A program made the translations under genes and the position numbers. A stretch of 58,972 nucleotides of DNA from Reclinomonas americana ATCC 50394 (taxonomy: Eukaryota). Shown here in pieces: positions 42,210 to 56,032 of this stretch. The notes below the pieces were generated by a model. That model was given only the letters and a program-made list of their open reading frames with translations, did no database searches and was not told where the DNA came from. The DNA lies in contig PS015093.1 of assembly GCA_048213135.1 (NCBI GenBank), positions 171,443 through 230,414 on the forward strand. Direction: 5' to 3'. Numbering within the stretch: the first letter of the stretch is position 1; each line of letters starts with the position of its first letter.

Positions 42210-44873
42210 GAGCGTACGTACTACAAACTAACGTTACGTACGTACGACCAACCAACCGACGACGTAGTAAGTTAGTACTACTAACTTACGACGAACGAAC
42301 TAACGACGGACCNNNNNNNNNNNNNNNNNNNNNNNNNNNNNNNNNNNNNNNNNNNNNNNNNNNNNNNNNNNNNNNNNNNNNNNNNNNNNNNNNNNNNNNN
42401 NNNNNNNNNNNNNNNNNNNNNNNNNNNNNNNNNNNNNNNNNNNNNNNNNNNNNNNNNNNNNNNNNNNNNNNNNNNNNNNNNNNNNNNNNNNNNNNNNNNN
42501 NNNNNNNNNNNNNNNNNNNNNNNNNNNNNNNNNNNNNNNNNNNNNNNNNNNNNNNNNNNNNNNNNNNNNNNNNNNGCACACTGCTGTACCGTACATCCGC
42601 CTTGGCCGTACAGCAGGAGAGAGAGAGAGAGAGCGAGCTGACTCAAACATTGACTGCACACCAGCTGAATGTATCAACTTGACACGATAACAGCGCGGAC
42701 AAAGCGGAGGAGAGTGAACTACAGTTATGAACACAGCAACAGAAGACACTATCCCCTACCTTTGCCACCAGCAGCGAATGAGTGAACACGGAAGAGAGAT
42801 CACAGAGAAGAGTGACTGAGTGGCAGCTCAACATATCAACGACAGGTTGACAACAAGGACAAGGAGGACGGCAGTAAACAACAGTAAAGAAAGCGCTACC
42901 GAGCAACAAGAAGACACTTCCTTCCTCTCTTCCCCACGCCACCAACCGCGAAGGAGCGGAGAAAGGAAGAATAGAGAAATAGGCTCACAAGATGGAATAA
43001 AACAACAGAGATTAGAAGAATCAATGAGACGCGTCTCGACGACAGCAGGGACAAGAGTGAACAGCCGCCAGCATGGCGCGATACGTGAGCTGCCTCTCGG
43101 GATCCTGAGCAGAGAGAGAGAGGCAATCGAAATGACTCCACCTTCGACCACCCATCTCCCGACCCTTCCCCCTTGTTACCCCTTCCCCCTTATCCCCTCC
43201 CATCACTCAACTCCATCACATACGGCAATCCAACATACACCGCCAGCACAAACTTCAACAGCGGCGTGGAATACTTGCGATCCAGGCGCGTGTTCGACCA
43301 CGTGCGCACCGCAATGGCAATGGTGACGTACAGCACCATCGACACGTTGGCCTCCACCGCCGTCCGCACATACGTCCAGTCAAACTCCCACGCTCGCCAG
43401 CACACAATCAGGGTGACCACGCGGGTGAAAATGCTCTCCAGCACGCTCCAAGCTGTTTTTTTTTGTTGTCGTCAGGGGATGATGATATAGTCGCTCTTCC
43501 CTTAGTCGAGCACGCAACTCAATCCCAGATCCACCGACCTGACCTCCTTCTCGACTTGCACGCGACGCATCTCCAAGCAGTAGTAGATGCCGACGACATC
43601 TACCAGTGTCACCACGCACTTGAGAGCCTCCTGCTCCAGCATGAGTACAATTGCTGGGAGGGAGGAGAGGAGACGGGAGGATGAGAAACGAACCGCAAAG
43701 ATGTGGAAGTCAGCCTCCTCGCCCAGTGAGGGTACAAAGGTGGCCATCAACAGCAGCTGTGATCGCGAGGAGGCGGTCGTGAGAACAACGAGGAGGGGAG
43801 CGTGAATCGGAGAGAGATGAGGGACCTTTAGGAGCTGTGTTCCGAGGAAGTAAATGGCGATCCACATGTTGTGGAACCATGATCCTTGTTCGCCGCTGTG
43901 GTTAAGAGGTTCATGTGAGAGGGGGAAGGGACAGGGTGAAGCGACAGACGATAGGAGGAGAGGAAGACAAGAGGCAAGGATGAGGAAACAACGCTGAGCG
44001 GAAGGCACGAAAGGGCTGGGGAAGAGAGAAGAGAAAGTGAAAGCAACGGGAAAGACAGGAAATGTGGGACAGGGAACCGGGAGCACTGAAAAAGCAGAAA
44101 GGCTGAACGCGAGAGGACAGAGGAGGGAGAGACCGCGAGGGACAGAGAAGGGAGAACCGAGTGCGGAATGAGGGACATGGAACTGGGAGCGGCCAAGGAT
44201 CAGAGAGGAGAGCGGGAGAGAGAGAGGAAGCGCGAGGCAGAGAGAGAGAGCGCGAGACGGAAACAGAGAGAAGAGCGCGGAATGAAGGACATGGAACTGG
44301 GAGAGGTCAAGGATGAGAGAGGAGAGCGGGAAAGAGAGGAAGCGCGAGGCAGAGAGGAGGGAGAACGAGACGGAAGCAGCTAGAAGAGCGCGGAATGAGG
44401 GACATGGAACAGGAAGAGGCAAGGGACCTGAAGAGGAGAGAGCGAGAGACAGAAACACAGTCGGAAATGAAGAAGGAGCGAGGGCAGAGAGAAGGGAGAG
44501 GCATTAAGGCATGAGAAGACGGGGGAAAGAGAAAGCAAGCGGGATCGGAGATGAGGCGACATCGTGAAAGGGCGACCGGAATGGAAGGGCGTGGGTGCAT
44601 GCAGACATTCTCCTTCTCCTCCTCCTCCTTCCTGCCTTCCTTCATTCTTCACTCTTGCTGTCTCCATTCCCTCTCTGTCACATGATCATCCTGTTGTCTC
44701 AACACAACCTCAAAATGCCTGAATGCAACATGTACATCTCACACACTCTCTCTCTCCCCACTCTCACACGACACATACTCAGAAAGGCACACAGACAGAG
44801 CAACACACTCGTCACGAGTGTGCAGGCAGTCATGTGCATGTCCTGCACACACACTCACATACGCCCTTGCTCC

Positions 44874-44925
<52 letters not shown>

Positions 44926-45833
44926 CTACTACTCTCTCTACTCTACTACACTCGTACCTCTACGTCCTACTACTACTACTACTACTACTACTACNNNNNN
45001 NNNNNNNNNNNNNNNNNNNNNNNNNNNNNNNNNNNNNNNNNNNNNNNNNNNNNNNNNNNNNNNNNNNNNNNNNNNNNNNNNNNNNNNNNNNNNNNNNNNN
45101 NNNNNNNNNNNNNNNNNNNNNNNNNNNNNNNNNNNNNNNNNNNNNNNNNNNNNNNNNNNNNNNNNNNNNNNNNNNNNNNNNNNNNNNNNNNNNNNNNNNN
45201 NNNNNNNNNNNNNNNNNNNNNNNNNNNNNNNNNNNNNNNNNNNNNNNNNNNNNNNNNNNNNNNNNNNNNNNNNNNNNNNNNNNNNNNNNNNNNNNNNNNN
45301 NNNNNNNNNNNNNNNNNNNNNNNNNNNNNNNNNNNNNNNNNNNNNNNNNNNNNNNNNNNNNNNNNNNNNNNNNNNNNNNNNNNNNNNNNNNNNNNNNNNN
45401 NNNNNNNNNNNNNNNNNNNNNNNNNNNNNNNNNNNNNNNNNNNNNNNNNNNNNNNNNNNNNNNNNNNNNNNNNNNNNNNNNNNNNNNNNNNNNNNNNNNN
45501 NNNNNNNNNNNNNNNNNNNNNNNNNNNNNNNNNNNNNNNNNNNNNNNNNNNNNNNNNNNNNNNNNNNNNNNNNNNNNNNNNNNNNNNNNNNNNNNNNNNN
45601 NNNNNNNNNNNNNNNNNNNNNNNNNNNNNNNNNNNNNNNNNNNNNNNNNNNNNNNNNNNNNNNNNNNNNNNNNNNNNNNNNNNNNNNNNNNNNNNNNNNN
45701 NNNNNNNNNNNNNNNNNNNNNNNNNNNNNNNNNNNACGGGGACCGGAACGGTACCGTAACTTAGTTGGGTCGTACTAGTTCCCGTTCCGGTCGACCAACC
45801 AACCACACACACACTACTACCTCCGTCGTCCTC

Positions 45834-45873
<40 letters not shown>

Positions 45874-46003
45874 TCTCCCTCTTCCTCTGCTGCAACATGC
45901 ATCGCAAACAAACACAAACAATCACACGCAACACTTTGATTTGCCAAATGACCACCGCAGGCACAAACGTGAGTGCTGCACAGTTGAAGAAGTGGAACCA
46001 CAT
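41830..46003 (-). CDS. TMEM147: Transmembrane protein 147 (nicalin-NOMO/BOS complex subunit), 6 exons
   Basis: MWFHFFNCAALTFVPAVVIW; YFLGTQLLK|LLLMATFVP; EALKCVVTLVDVVGIY; LGL|TWSVLESIFTR...RAWEFDWTYVRTAVEANVSMV. These match the TMEM147 pattern as I recall it (FHFGNC, VQLCKMLFLATFFP, RGIEFDWKY). Confidence 0.88.
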
Positions 46004-46139
46004 ACTCTCTCTCTCTCTCCCTCCTTCTCTCTCACACACACACTCAACCCTTGTTGTCACACAAAACAGGGAGGACGACACAACGTCGCATTTCATTGTC
46101 GAAACGAACGTCGAGAGCGATAAAAGCAAGACGGAGCGA

Positions 46140-49100
46140 TTACTTGGCATCCTCGCCGTGAGTCTCCGCATACACAATCTCCTCCTCGGTGCGCTTGTCA
46201 ATGTCGAGCAGGCTGAAGGGGATGAACTTGACACCGTCGCCGACGTAGAACTTGCTCTGGAACTCGACCCAGTGCAAGCGCAGCGCGTGCAAGAACGCCG
46301 ACAGCGACTCCATCATCAGCAGCACACCGACAGTCACGCCCGACCACACCGCGAAACCGACAAAGGTGAAGATGCCGTAGTAGTTGTCGGCGGCAATGGC
46401 CTTGGCCAGCACGAAATCCCAAAACACCTCCGACAGCTGCGCGTGCGCCAGCGACAGCGCCCACAGACGCAGGTACGAGGCGGTGTTGGAGATGGCGCCG
46501 AGCACGTACTCGATCGTGTGGATCATCTGGTGCATCATCACGTCGCTGAACTCGAACTCGCCGTCACCGTGCTGCGGGTGGGGGGAAGGAAAGGGAGAGA
46601 GGGAAGAGTGAGCAAGGACAAGGGTATTACGTACAAGGCACCGCCTCCATTCTACATTCTCTGAGCTGCAATTACTCCCCTCTCGCTATTCGAAAGCATA
46701 TCTCTCTTCCTTCTTATCATTCTACTCTCCCACACACTGACAAGCACCCTCTTATCATTCTACTCTCCCACACACTGACAAGCACCCTCGACATTGTTTC
46801 CAGTCATTCAAAACTGAGTATCTCGTGCCTTCGTCCCTCCCACACAAGCTCTTCCTTTTGCGACAAAATGTCTCTTCTCTTCAACAGTCATTCAAAACTG
46901 AGTATCTCTTTCGTTGTCATTCGCCTTCTTCCCTCTCCCACACAGACAAGCTCTTCCTCCTACGACAGAATGCATTTTCTCTTCGACAGATCTTTTTCGC
47001 TGTCATTCGCCTTCTTCCCTTCCACGCACAGAGCACTTCCTCCACGGCAGAACGTCTCTTCTCTTCGACAGTCTTTCAAAAGCACGCACTCTTTCGCGTT
47101 CTCTGTCAGGCCAGCTTCTCCTCACCATCACAACATCTCCCCCTGATGCCCACGCTTCCTCTCTCCCCCACACACTTGCTCTCTGCGACATGCAATCTCT
47201 TCTCCTTTCTCATTACACACTCTTCCTCCCTCTCCTTCTCCCCCTCCCCCTTCCCCCCTATACCCCACTCACCCCATCATGACCACCACCACCACCGCTG
47301 TTGCCACCGGCAGTCGCGGCATGATCCGAGGCCTCCACACGGCGGACACCACTCGACGGCCCCTCATTCTCCTCATCCTCGTGCGAGTCCGACGACAGCA
47401 GCATGGGGCGGCTCTCGTGGAACGTGTGCGGCACACCGTCGGCCGGCGCCAGCCCGCGGCGCTTCAGCTCCTGCTTGTGGCGGTAGCGCAGAATCAGGGG
47501 CTTGGGCAGCAGCAGGATCGGGATGGCCAGCACGGCAATGACCAGCAGGGCGGCTTGCACTTTCGGCTGCGTGGGTGGGAACGGGGGAAATGGTGAGCAC
47601 ACAAGCAGTGAGCCCCTACTTCTTCTTCTCCTCCTCTCCCTTTCTTTTCTCTCTCAGAGCCCCTGTGTAAATCAATGTCACAGGCGGCACGGACGAAAAA
47701 TTGCCCGTCGCTACCTCATACACAAAGCAAGTAACACAATCATCACCGAGAGCTCGCTCTCTCAATCTCTCTCTTCCCCACACTCACTACACAAAAAAAC
47801 GAGGCGCTCACCTGCGACTCGTAGATAAGGTCGCCGTCGTTGACACCGCCAAGTTGCAGGAAGAACGAGGTCATCATGGTCAGCAGCGACGGCGGGCCCT
47901 GGGACAGGCCAACCGGGCGGCTCGCAGACCAGTTGATGCACCACTTGACGAAGATCATGACACACATGTAGCCGAAGGTGAACGAGAGGAAGATGAACTC
48001 CGGGATGGTCATGGTGAACACGTTGAGGTAGTTCTTGTTGTAGAGGTTGTTGAGCAGGCTCATCACCACGCCGAAGAGCATGTGGGTCACTAAACGGGGG
48101 AAGGAGGGGAAGGGTGAGATAGGAGGAAGAGGGAAAGGGAGACAGAGCAAGAGGGCGATGAGGGCAAAGAGAGAGTGCGTGTGTGTGTGAGAGAGAAAGG
48201 CAGACAGAGATGCAACACACCACATTTGTACGCAATGAAACATGAAAAATTAAGAGGAAAAAGAAACAGAGAGAGAGAGAGAGAGATAGAGAGAGAGAGA
48301 AAGAGAGGAGCACGAACACACACGCGCACAAAGAAAGAGTGAGAGATTTGACAGAGAAAGACACACGCACACAAAAGACTTGCGAGAACGAAAGAGAACT
48401 CACCAGAGAGAGAGAGAGAGATAATGGGTGAGAATGAAGCGATAGATTCAAGAGGAATACGCACACACACTCACACACAGAGACATGCAGGAACAAACAG
48501 ACCTCTGACCTTACAGAAACAAAGAAAGAAAGAAAAAGAAGAGAAAGAAACAGATTGCGTGTGCGTCCGCAATGCACTGGCACACAACATGAAGCGAAAT
48601 TCTCGTAAACGAACGGAGCCGATGCCAATCAAGAAGAGCGACTGACAGACAAAACAAATGATGAGGGAGAGCCTGCACAGCGGCGAACTGGCGCGCGCGC
48701 ACGCGAAAGAGAAAGAGAGACAAAAACGTTCCTCCCCCTTNNNNNNNNNNNNNNNNNNNNNNNNNNNNNNNNNNNNNNNNNNNNNNNNNNNNNNNNNNNN
48801 NNNNNNNNNNNNNNNNNNNNNNNNNNNNNNNNNNNNNNNNNNNNNNNNNNNNNNNNNNNNNNNNNNNNNNNNNNNNNNNNNNNNNNNNNNNNNNNNNNNN
48901 NNNNNNNNNNNNNNNNNNNNNNNNNNNNNNNNNNNNNNNNNNNNNNNNNNNNNNNNNNNNNNNNNNNNNNNNNNNNNNNNNNNNNNNNNNNNNNNNNNNN
49001 NNNNNNNNNNNNNNNNNNNNNNNNNNNNNNNNNNNNNNNNNNNNNNNNNNNNNNNNNNNNNNNNNNNNNNNNNNNNNNNNNNNNNNNNNNNNNNNNNNNN

Positions 49101-51852
49101 NNNNNNNNNNNNNNNNNNNNNNNNNNNNNNNNNNNNNNNNNNNNNNNNNNNNNNNNNNNNNNNNNNNNNNNNNNNNNNNNNNCCCCTTCCCCTCCACCCC
49201 CTTTCCCTTTCCAAACCTCCGAGAATGACCGACATCTTCATCTTCAGCGAGTTGTAGTAGTTCAGCTTGTTGTCGCGACCAAACCACACCGGGTCGACAC
49301 CAAACGGATACGCGTGCGGCGGGTGGAAGTTGGCAAACTGCGATTCGTCGTGCGGGTACGGCGAGCCAAACATGTCGAACGCGAGCGAGAACAGATCGTT
49401 GTAGATGAGGCCGGTGTAGATGCTGAAAATCGACATGAACAGGAGCACGTAGCGGCCCTTGAAAAGCATGCCGAAAATCTAATAGGAAAGAGAAGAAAAG
49501 TGAGCTGTTGTAGATTCACATAAAAGAGAGAGGGGGGTTGCCACACGTCACCTCATCCAAGTTGGACTTGCCGAGCTTCTTCTCCGCCAACACCAGGTAC
49601 AGCGCAAAGCAGAGCATGCACAGCGCGTGACCCCAATCACCAAACATGACGGCGAAGAGGAAGGGGAAGGTGGAGATGGTGAACACGCCGGGATTGACCT
49701 CGCCGTAGCGCGGCACGCCATACGAGTCGACAATGTTCTGGAAGCCCGAGGTGACCTTGTTCAGCGGGAAGTAGGTGGGGATGACGTCGTTCTTGGCCGG
49801 CACCAGCGGGCGGGTGATCGACGAGACGCCGGCGGCGGCGCGCTTCTCGGCNNNNNNNNNNNNNNNNNNNNNNNNNNNNNNNNNNNNNNNNNNNNNNNNN
49901 NNNNNNNNNNNNNNNNNNNNNNNNNNNNNNNNNNNNNNNNNNNNNNNNNNNNNNNNNNNNNNNNNNNNNNNNNNNNNNNNNNNNNNNNNNNNNNNNNNNN
50001 NNNNNNNNNNNNNNNNNNNNNNNNNNNNNNNNNNNNNNNNNNNNNNNNNNNNNNNNNNNNNNNNNNNNNNNNNNNNNNNNNNNNNNNNNNNNNNNNNNNN
50101 NNNNNNNNNNNNNNNNNNNNNNNNNNNNNNNNNNNNNNNNNNNNNNNNNNNNNNNNNNNNNNNNNNNNNNNNNNNNNNNNNNNNNNNNNNNNNNNNNNNN
50201 NNNNNNNNNNNNNNNNNNNNNNNNNNNNNNNNNNNNNNNNNNNNNNNNNNNNNNNNNNNNNNNNNNNNNNNNNNNNNNNNNNNNNNNNNNNNNNNNNNNN
50301 NNNNNNNNNNNNNNNNNNNNNNNNNNNNNNNNNNNNNNNNNNNNNNNNNNNNNNNNNNNNNNNNNNNNNNNNNNNNNNNNNNNNNNNNNNNNNNNNNNNN
50401 NNNNNNNNNNNNNNNNNNNNNNNNNNNNNNNNNNNNNNNNNNNNNNNNNNNNNNNNNNNNNNNNNNNNNNNNNNNNNNNNNNNNNNNNNNNNNNNNNNNN
50501 NNNNNNNNNNNNNNNNNNNNNNNNNNNNNNNNNNNNNNNNNNNNNNNNNNNNNNNNNNNNNNNNNNNNNNNNNNNNNNNNNNNNNNNNNNNNNNNNNNNN
50601 NNNNNNNNNNNNNNNNNNNNNNNNNNNNNNNNNGGGAGAGGGAGGGAAGGGGGAAGGGGAAGGGAAGGGGAAGGGAAGGGGAAGGGAGAGGGAGGGAGAG
50701 AGGGAGAGATCGACGCGGGCGATGCTGAGAATTGAGAAGGAAGCACCAGCCCTCGACACGAGCTAAATTGGAGAGGGAACGAAGGCAGGATAAAGAAACG
50801 AGGAGACTGAACACACAGATAAAGCGAGCGACTGAGACTCCACAAGGTGTGATGCAGACAGCAACATAAAGATGGATTAGGAGGGACGCAGAGAACACAC
50901 AAACAAGGCGAGGGTGAGAGACTGATGCTGACAGCGAGCGAGAATCAGAGGGGTCGTCAACGAGGAACAAGAATTGAGACGACGCACACAATGACATGAG
51001 TGATGCAGACAGCAATGGAGAATTCGGAAAGAACGGGTGAGACGAGAGCGACAACTACTCGCACAGAGAGAGGGGGGAGAAAGAGAACAGAATGGAGACA
51101 AGAGCGAGAGAGAAACGAGAGTTGTCAACAGCGGGAGTGCGAGAGGCAACAATGCGTGATGCAAATAGCAGAAGCGAATTCGGAAAGAGCAGGCGACAAA
51201 CGCTCACAGAGAGTGGACGAATGAGCGATGCACACAGAGAGTGATGCAGATAGCAGAGGATGAAATGAGAAGGCTCGCATCGCAAGTGATGCAGAGAAAC
51301 GAACTCTGCAAAAAACACAAGCAAGGCGACACGACGAAGAGAGAAGCGCTTGCCCTCCGTCTCTTCCTCTCCATCTCCTCCTTTCCCTTTCTCCCTTCTC
51401 CTCCTCCCGCCTCACCTCCAGCTCCTCCAGCGAATCATTGCCCGGCGGCATGTTGAGCTGGGCCTTGAGTCCGGCCAAACGCATAGCCTTCTCAAAGTAG
51501 CGCACCTTGCGCTCCAGCTCCTCAATGCCCTTGATGTCCTCGGCGAACTCACGAGCAAACGCATTCAGTTGCGGATTCAACTATATTACGCAGTCAGCAA
51601 TGCCGACGGAACTGCTGCGACTGAATGCAGCACGCAACATCCTTGAACTGCGTCAATCCCATGCGTCCAAGCTCCTCGCATGCCTCGAAACACGCCTAAC
51701 ACGCACACAGAGAGAGAGTGTTCCTGTTGTGTAAGAAGACATGTCGAACGTGCCATCTCCCCGTCCTTCGCGTGTGACAAGAGAAACGCAACATCGCGCT
51801 GCACAATGAGCTGCAGCAGCTCCATGGGCGCCGAACGCCACAACGTGCCCAT
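46140..51852 (-). CDS. ATP6V0A: V-type proton ATPase subunit a (Vph1/ATP6V0A family), multi-exon with gaps
   Basis: [135 protein letters not shown]. Confidence 0.97.
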
Positions 51853-52374
51853 CTTGATTGCGGGTTAAAGATAGCTGATGCAATGGAGTGGGAAAAGTGA
51901 GTGAAAAGTGTGAGAAAGTGCAACAGAGAGAGAGAGAGAGAGGAGAGAGTGGGCGGGGGGGGGGGATAACAATGGTGTGCACTGATAGAAAGATAGAGAG
52001 ACAGGGAGAGAGTGTTGAAGAGACTTGTCATAAAAGTGCGACATGGCATCTCACTCACACGCACTCAGGCGCGAAGGCAGCACACGCGCACGCTCTCATG
52101 TGCTCTCTTTACACACACAAGCGCGCACGTACACACGCACGCACTCACTCAGAGAGAGGAAGAGAGAAAAACGCGTGCGTGAAAGTGCAAACTCAAACAA
52201 GCACACAAACACAGAGAAACACAGACGCACTTCCAACAACGCACGCGCACGCACCTCAATCAACACAAAGACCGCCCGCGCGCACACCCGCACTGTGCGT
52301 GACGAAAGTGAGTGCGTGACAATGGACAATGCACTGGTGGACAGAGCGAGCACGCGTCGGTTTCGATTTCATAC

Positions 52375-55300
52375 ATGGCCGATGCGGAGGACGCGCATTC
52401 CCGTGCCGCCTCGAGCATCGAAGAGCTCTTCTTCGGCGAGGGCTTCCTGCTCAGCGCCGACGCGATGGGTCCGGTGATGCCCGCCGGCCCGCGACGTCGT
52501 CCCGTCCCGAAACTGAATGCGTCTGGATCGTCGTCATCGGCGTGGTCGCGTCGGCGCCGGAGAAGCAAGAGCGGCGGTCCCCTGTCCCCTCCACGGTGGA
52601 TGCCACCAGCGAAGGCAGTGGCGCAGGACGCGACGCCACCAACGCCGACGCAAACAGTGACAACAAAGAAAAAGAAGACGATTGTGCGACCAGTGGTGCG
52701 TTTGGTGTGTGCCTCTTCTGTGCGTCGAGTGCGAGTGCATTGTGGTGATGAGAACGTCGGTTGTGTAGAGAGTGAGCGGGGATGCGGAGGGTGGCGATGA
52801 TCATGTGATCCAGCTGGTGTTGATTGAGGAGGCGGAGATGGGGAGAACGGAATTGGTCATTCGAAGTCCGCAGGCGGGCGTGTTGCATGTTGTTGTTGCG
52901 TTTGTCCTGCTTGCTCTGAGGAAGAGAGCGCGCTCTTCTTATGCCTGAGCCTCGCAGCCGGTTCGGAAAATGAGACGGAGACCAGTGACACCGCCTGCTC
53001 GGGATCTTGACGCGTTGTCTGCTGCCACTGGGAATGCTGCTGGTGCTGCTGGAGGGAAGAAGCGATTGGTGTTTACGGAGTATGCGGGGCCAGGGGAAGG
53101 AGTGACGCCGGTGGAGGTGGCGACGGATGTGGGGAGGCTGGCGGAGAGGTTGTCATCGACGCGACCGCAGAGTGCAATGCCGCTGTCGGTNNNNNNNNNN
53201 NNNNNNNNNNNNNNNNNNNNNNNNNNNNNNNNNNNNNNNNNNNNNNNNNNNNNNNNNNNNNNNNNNNNNNNNNNNNNNNNNNNNNNNNNNNNNNNNNNNN
53301 NNNNNNNNNNNNNNNNNNNNNNNNNNNNNNNNNNNNNNNNNNNNNNNNNNNNNNNNNNNNNNNNNNNNNNNNNNNNNNNNNNNNNNNNNNNNNNNNNNNN
53401 NNNNNNNNNNNNNNNNNNNNNNNNNNNNNNNNNNNNNNNNNNNNNNNNNNNNNNNNNNNNNNNNNNNNNNNNNNNNNNNNNNNNNNNNNNNNNNNNNNNN
53501 NNNNNNNNNNNNNNNNNNNNNNNNNNNNNNNNNNNNNNNNNNNNNNNNNNNNNNNNNNNNNNNNNNNNNNNNNNNNNNNNNNNNNNNNNNNNNNNNNNNN
53601 NNNNNNNNNNNNNNNNNNNNNNNNNNNNNNNNNNNNNNNNNNNNNNNNNNNNNNNNNNNNNNNNNNNNNNNNNNNNNNNNNNNNNNNNNNNNNNNNNNNN
53701 NNNNNNNNNNNNNNNNNNNNNNNNNNNNNNNNNNNNNNNNNNNNNNNNNNNNNNNNNNNNNNNNNNNNNNNNNNNNNNNNNNNNNNNNNNNNNNNNNNNN
53801 NNNNNNNNNNNNNNNNNNNNNNAAGAGCGCTGACCTTGAATGCGCTCGCTCCAGTCTCCTCGACTCCTCCACACACGCTCGTGAGACCTGCAAGCAGGCT
53901 CAGCATTGTTGTTTCCCAAAAAAACATCACTCTCGTACTCACCGGCAACACAGCCGCACTCTGTGGTCTCGTCAGCCGCTGTGCCAGCGTTTGCACGGTG
54001 CCGAGTCGCTCCCGATCCGGCGACGACGACATGTCGGTGATGGTCGTCAGTGTGGTCGTCGCGGTGGTGGTGGTCGACAGGCTGCCGGGCGAGCGCTGCA
54101 GGTTGGTCGGTGATAGCTTGGAGGCGGCGGTCAACTTGTCGTGACTCGACTGAGGGGGTAAATGGGGAAGGGGGGAAGGGGGAAGGGGAAGGGTAAGGGG
54201 GGAAGGGTAAGGGGGGAGGGTAAGGGGGGAGGGTAAGGGGAAGGAAGAAGATCGAGAACATAAGTGAAGGAGGGAAGACTACAGCGACAAGAAGCAAGGG
54301 ATGACAGGCAACAAGGGGGACTGCAAGGACGAAGATGAGGGGGAAGACAGCGACAAGAAACAAGGACGGCAGGCGACAAGGAGGTAAAACGTGAGGAGTG
54401 AGAAGGCGATGGACGGAAGGAGACAAGGGAAAACAGACAAAGGGGGAAAGGCAAGGATGAAAGGAGGCGAGGGGGAGAAAGCGAGAGTGAACAAGGACGA
54501 CAAAAAAGTTGAATCGATGAGGAGACAGAAGAGAAGGAGGAGGGAAGAAGGAGAGGAGAGGAGAGCCTAATCAACCACACACTCCTCCCACATCGCACAT
54601 CGCACACCCNNNNNNNNNNNNNNNNNNNNNNNNNNNNNNNNNNNNNNNNNNNNNNNNNNNNNNNNNNNNNNNNNNNNNNNNNNNNNNNNNNNNNNNNNNN
54701 NNNNNNNNNNNNNNNNNNNNNNNNNNNNNNNNNNNNNNNNNNNNNNNNNNNNNNNNNNNNNNNNNNNNNNNNNNNNNNNNNNNNNNNNNNNNNNNNNNNN
54801 NNNNNNNNNNNNNNNNNNNNNNNNNNNNNNNNNNNNNNNNNNNNNNNNNNNNNNNNNNNNNNNNNNNNNNNNNNNNNNNNNNNNNNNNNNNNNNNNNNNN
54901 NNNNNNNNNNNNNNNNNNNNNNNNNNNNNNNNNNNNNNNNNNNNNNNNNNNNNNNNNNNNNNNNNNNNNNNNNNNNNNNNNNNNNNNNNNNNNNNNNNNN
55001 NNNNNNNNNNNNNNNNNNNNNNNNNTGCGATCAATGTTGAAGAAGGAGAAGTCGACGCCCGTGCCACTCTCCGCCGGCAACACCACGCTCATGTCGTCCA
55101 CAAAGAGGCCATGAAAACGTACCTTGACATGCACGTAAGAGGGAGAGAGAGAGAAAGAAAGAGTAGGAGAATGAGTGAGTTACCTGTCGCACTCCGAGAT
55201 CGATTCTCGTGCGCGCCATTTGCTGCTGCCAGTCCGCACGCAGCGCCAGTGCTGCATGTCCACTGCCCACACACTGCTCAAAGAAGTGCGTCCACGCAGC

Positions 55301-55899
55301 AGTCACATTGCGCGTGTCAATGGTGTATTGCAAGAGAGGAGCCTCGAGGGACGAGTTGTCATGCAGTGCCAAGGCACTGGCGTTGTGCACGAGGACGAGG
55401 AGGAGGAGCAAGACAATGGCTCTCATGCAAAAGGCAAAGCGATTCACTGTTCTCCGCGTCCAGGACCTGGCGACGCTGGACCGGCGGAGAGCGACGAGGC
55501 CACAGAGCCGGTGGCACTTAGCAAGTCCTGCAAGCGGTTCTGTCGGGCCGCTGGCAACGGTGCGAACGAGGTGTGCGCGAAGCGTTTGGCGGAGCTGAGG
55601 CGAGCGCCGAGTTGCGGCTTGCTCTGCAGTGCGCGTTCCCAGCCGGTGGCCTTTTGAATCGACGGTGTGCGTTCTCTGGAGGCGCTGCGTGGTCGTGCGT
55701 TGGTGCTGATGGAGCTGGCGCCGAGGGAGGACATGGAGGTGACGGAGGCCAGCAGGGTTTTGGCGGACTCGGCCATGACGTCGCGCTTTTTGCGGGGAGC
55801 GGCTGGGGCCGGCAGTTTTCGTGGGTACACGACCCGCCGTGTTGCTGCAAAAATTGAGGAGCAGGTCAGCGTCGGCTATTTTTTTGAGCAGGAGGGGAG
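52375..55899 (+). CDS. Hypothetical low-complexity protein; later exons lie on apparently inverted contigs (53823-54609, 55026-55899)
   Basis: MADAEDAHSRAASSIEELFFGEG... ends at a GTG|GTGCGT donor. The motif RLxxRPQSA occurs on + (RLSSTRPQSA, ~53150) and on - (RLTRPQSA, ~53960). A similar basic low-complexity frame on - ends at TGA 55444. Confidence 0.45.
55026..55426 (-). CDS. GH39 glycosidase N-terminal exons (signal peptide); contig probably inverted
   Basis: MRAIVLLLLLVLVHNASALA...HFFEQCVGSGHAALALRADWQQQM...LGVRQ|VRFHGLFVDDMSV...FSFFNIDR matches the N-terminus of GH39 beta-xylosidases. It continues naturally into 'FDFLVSIGMRPL' at 56033 on +. Confidence 0.88.
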
Positions 55900-56032
55900 N
55901 NNNNNNNNNNNNNNNNNNNNNNNNNNNNNNNNNNNNNNNNNNNNNNNNNNNNNNNNNNNNNNNNNNNNNNNNNNNNNNNNNNNNNNNNNNNNNNNNNNNN
56001 NNNNNNNNNNNNNNNNNNNNNNNNNNNNNNNT

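Noticed and set aside
42208-42312. TACG-rich, palindrome-like sequence next to gaps (also 44925-44994 and 45736-45800)
   Set aside because: It follows microsatellites at contig ends and resembles pyrosequencing flow-order noise, so it is probably low-quality read tails.
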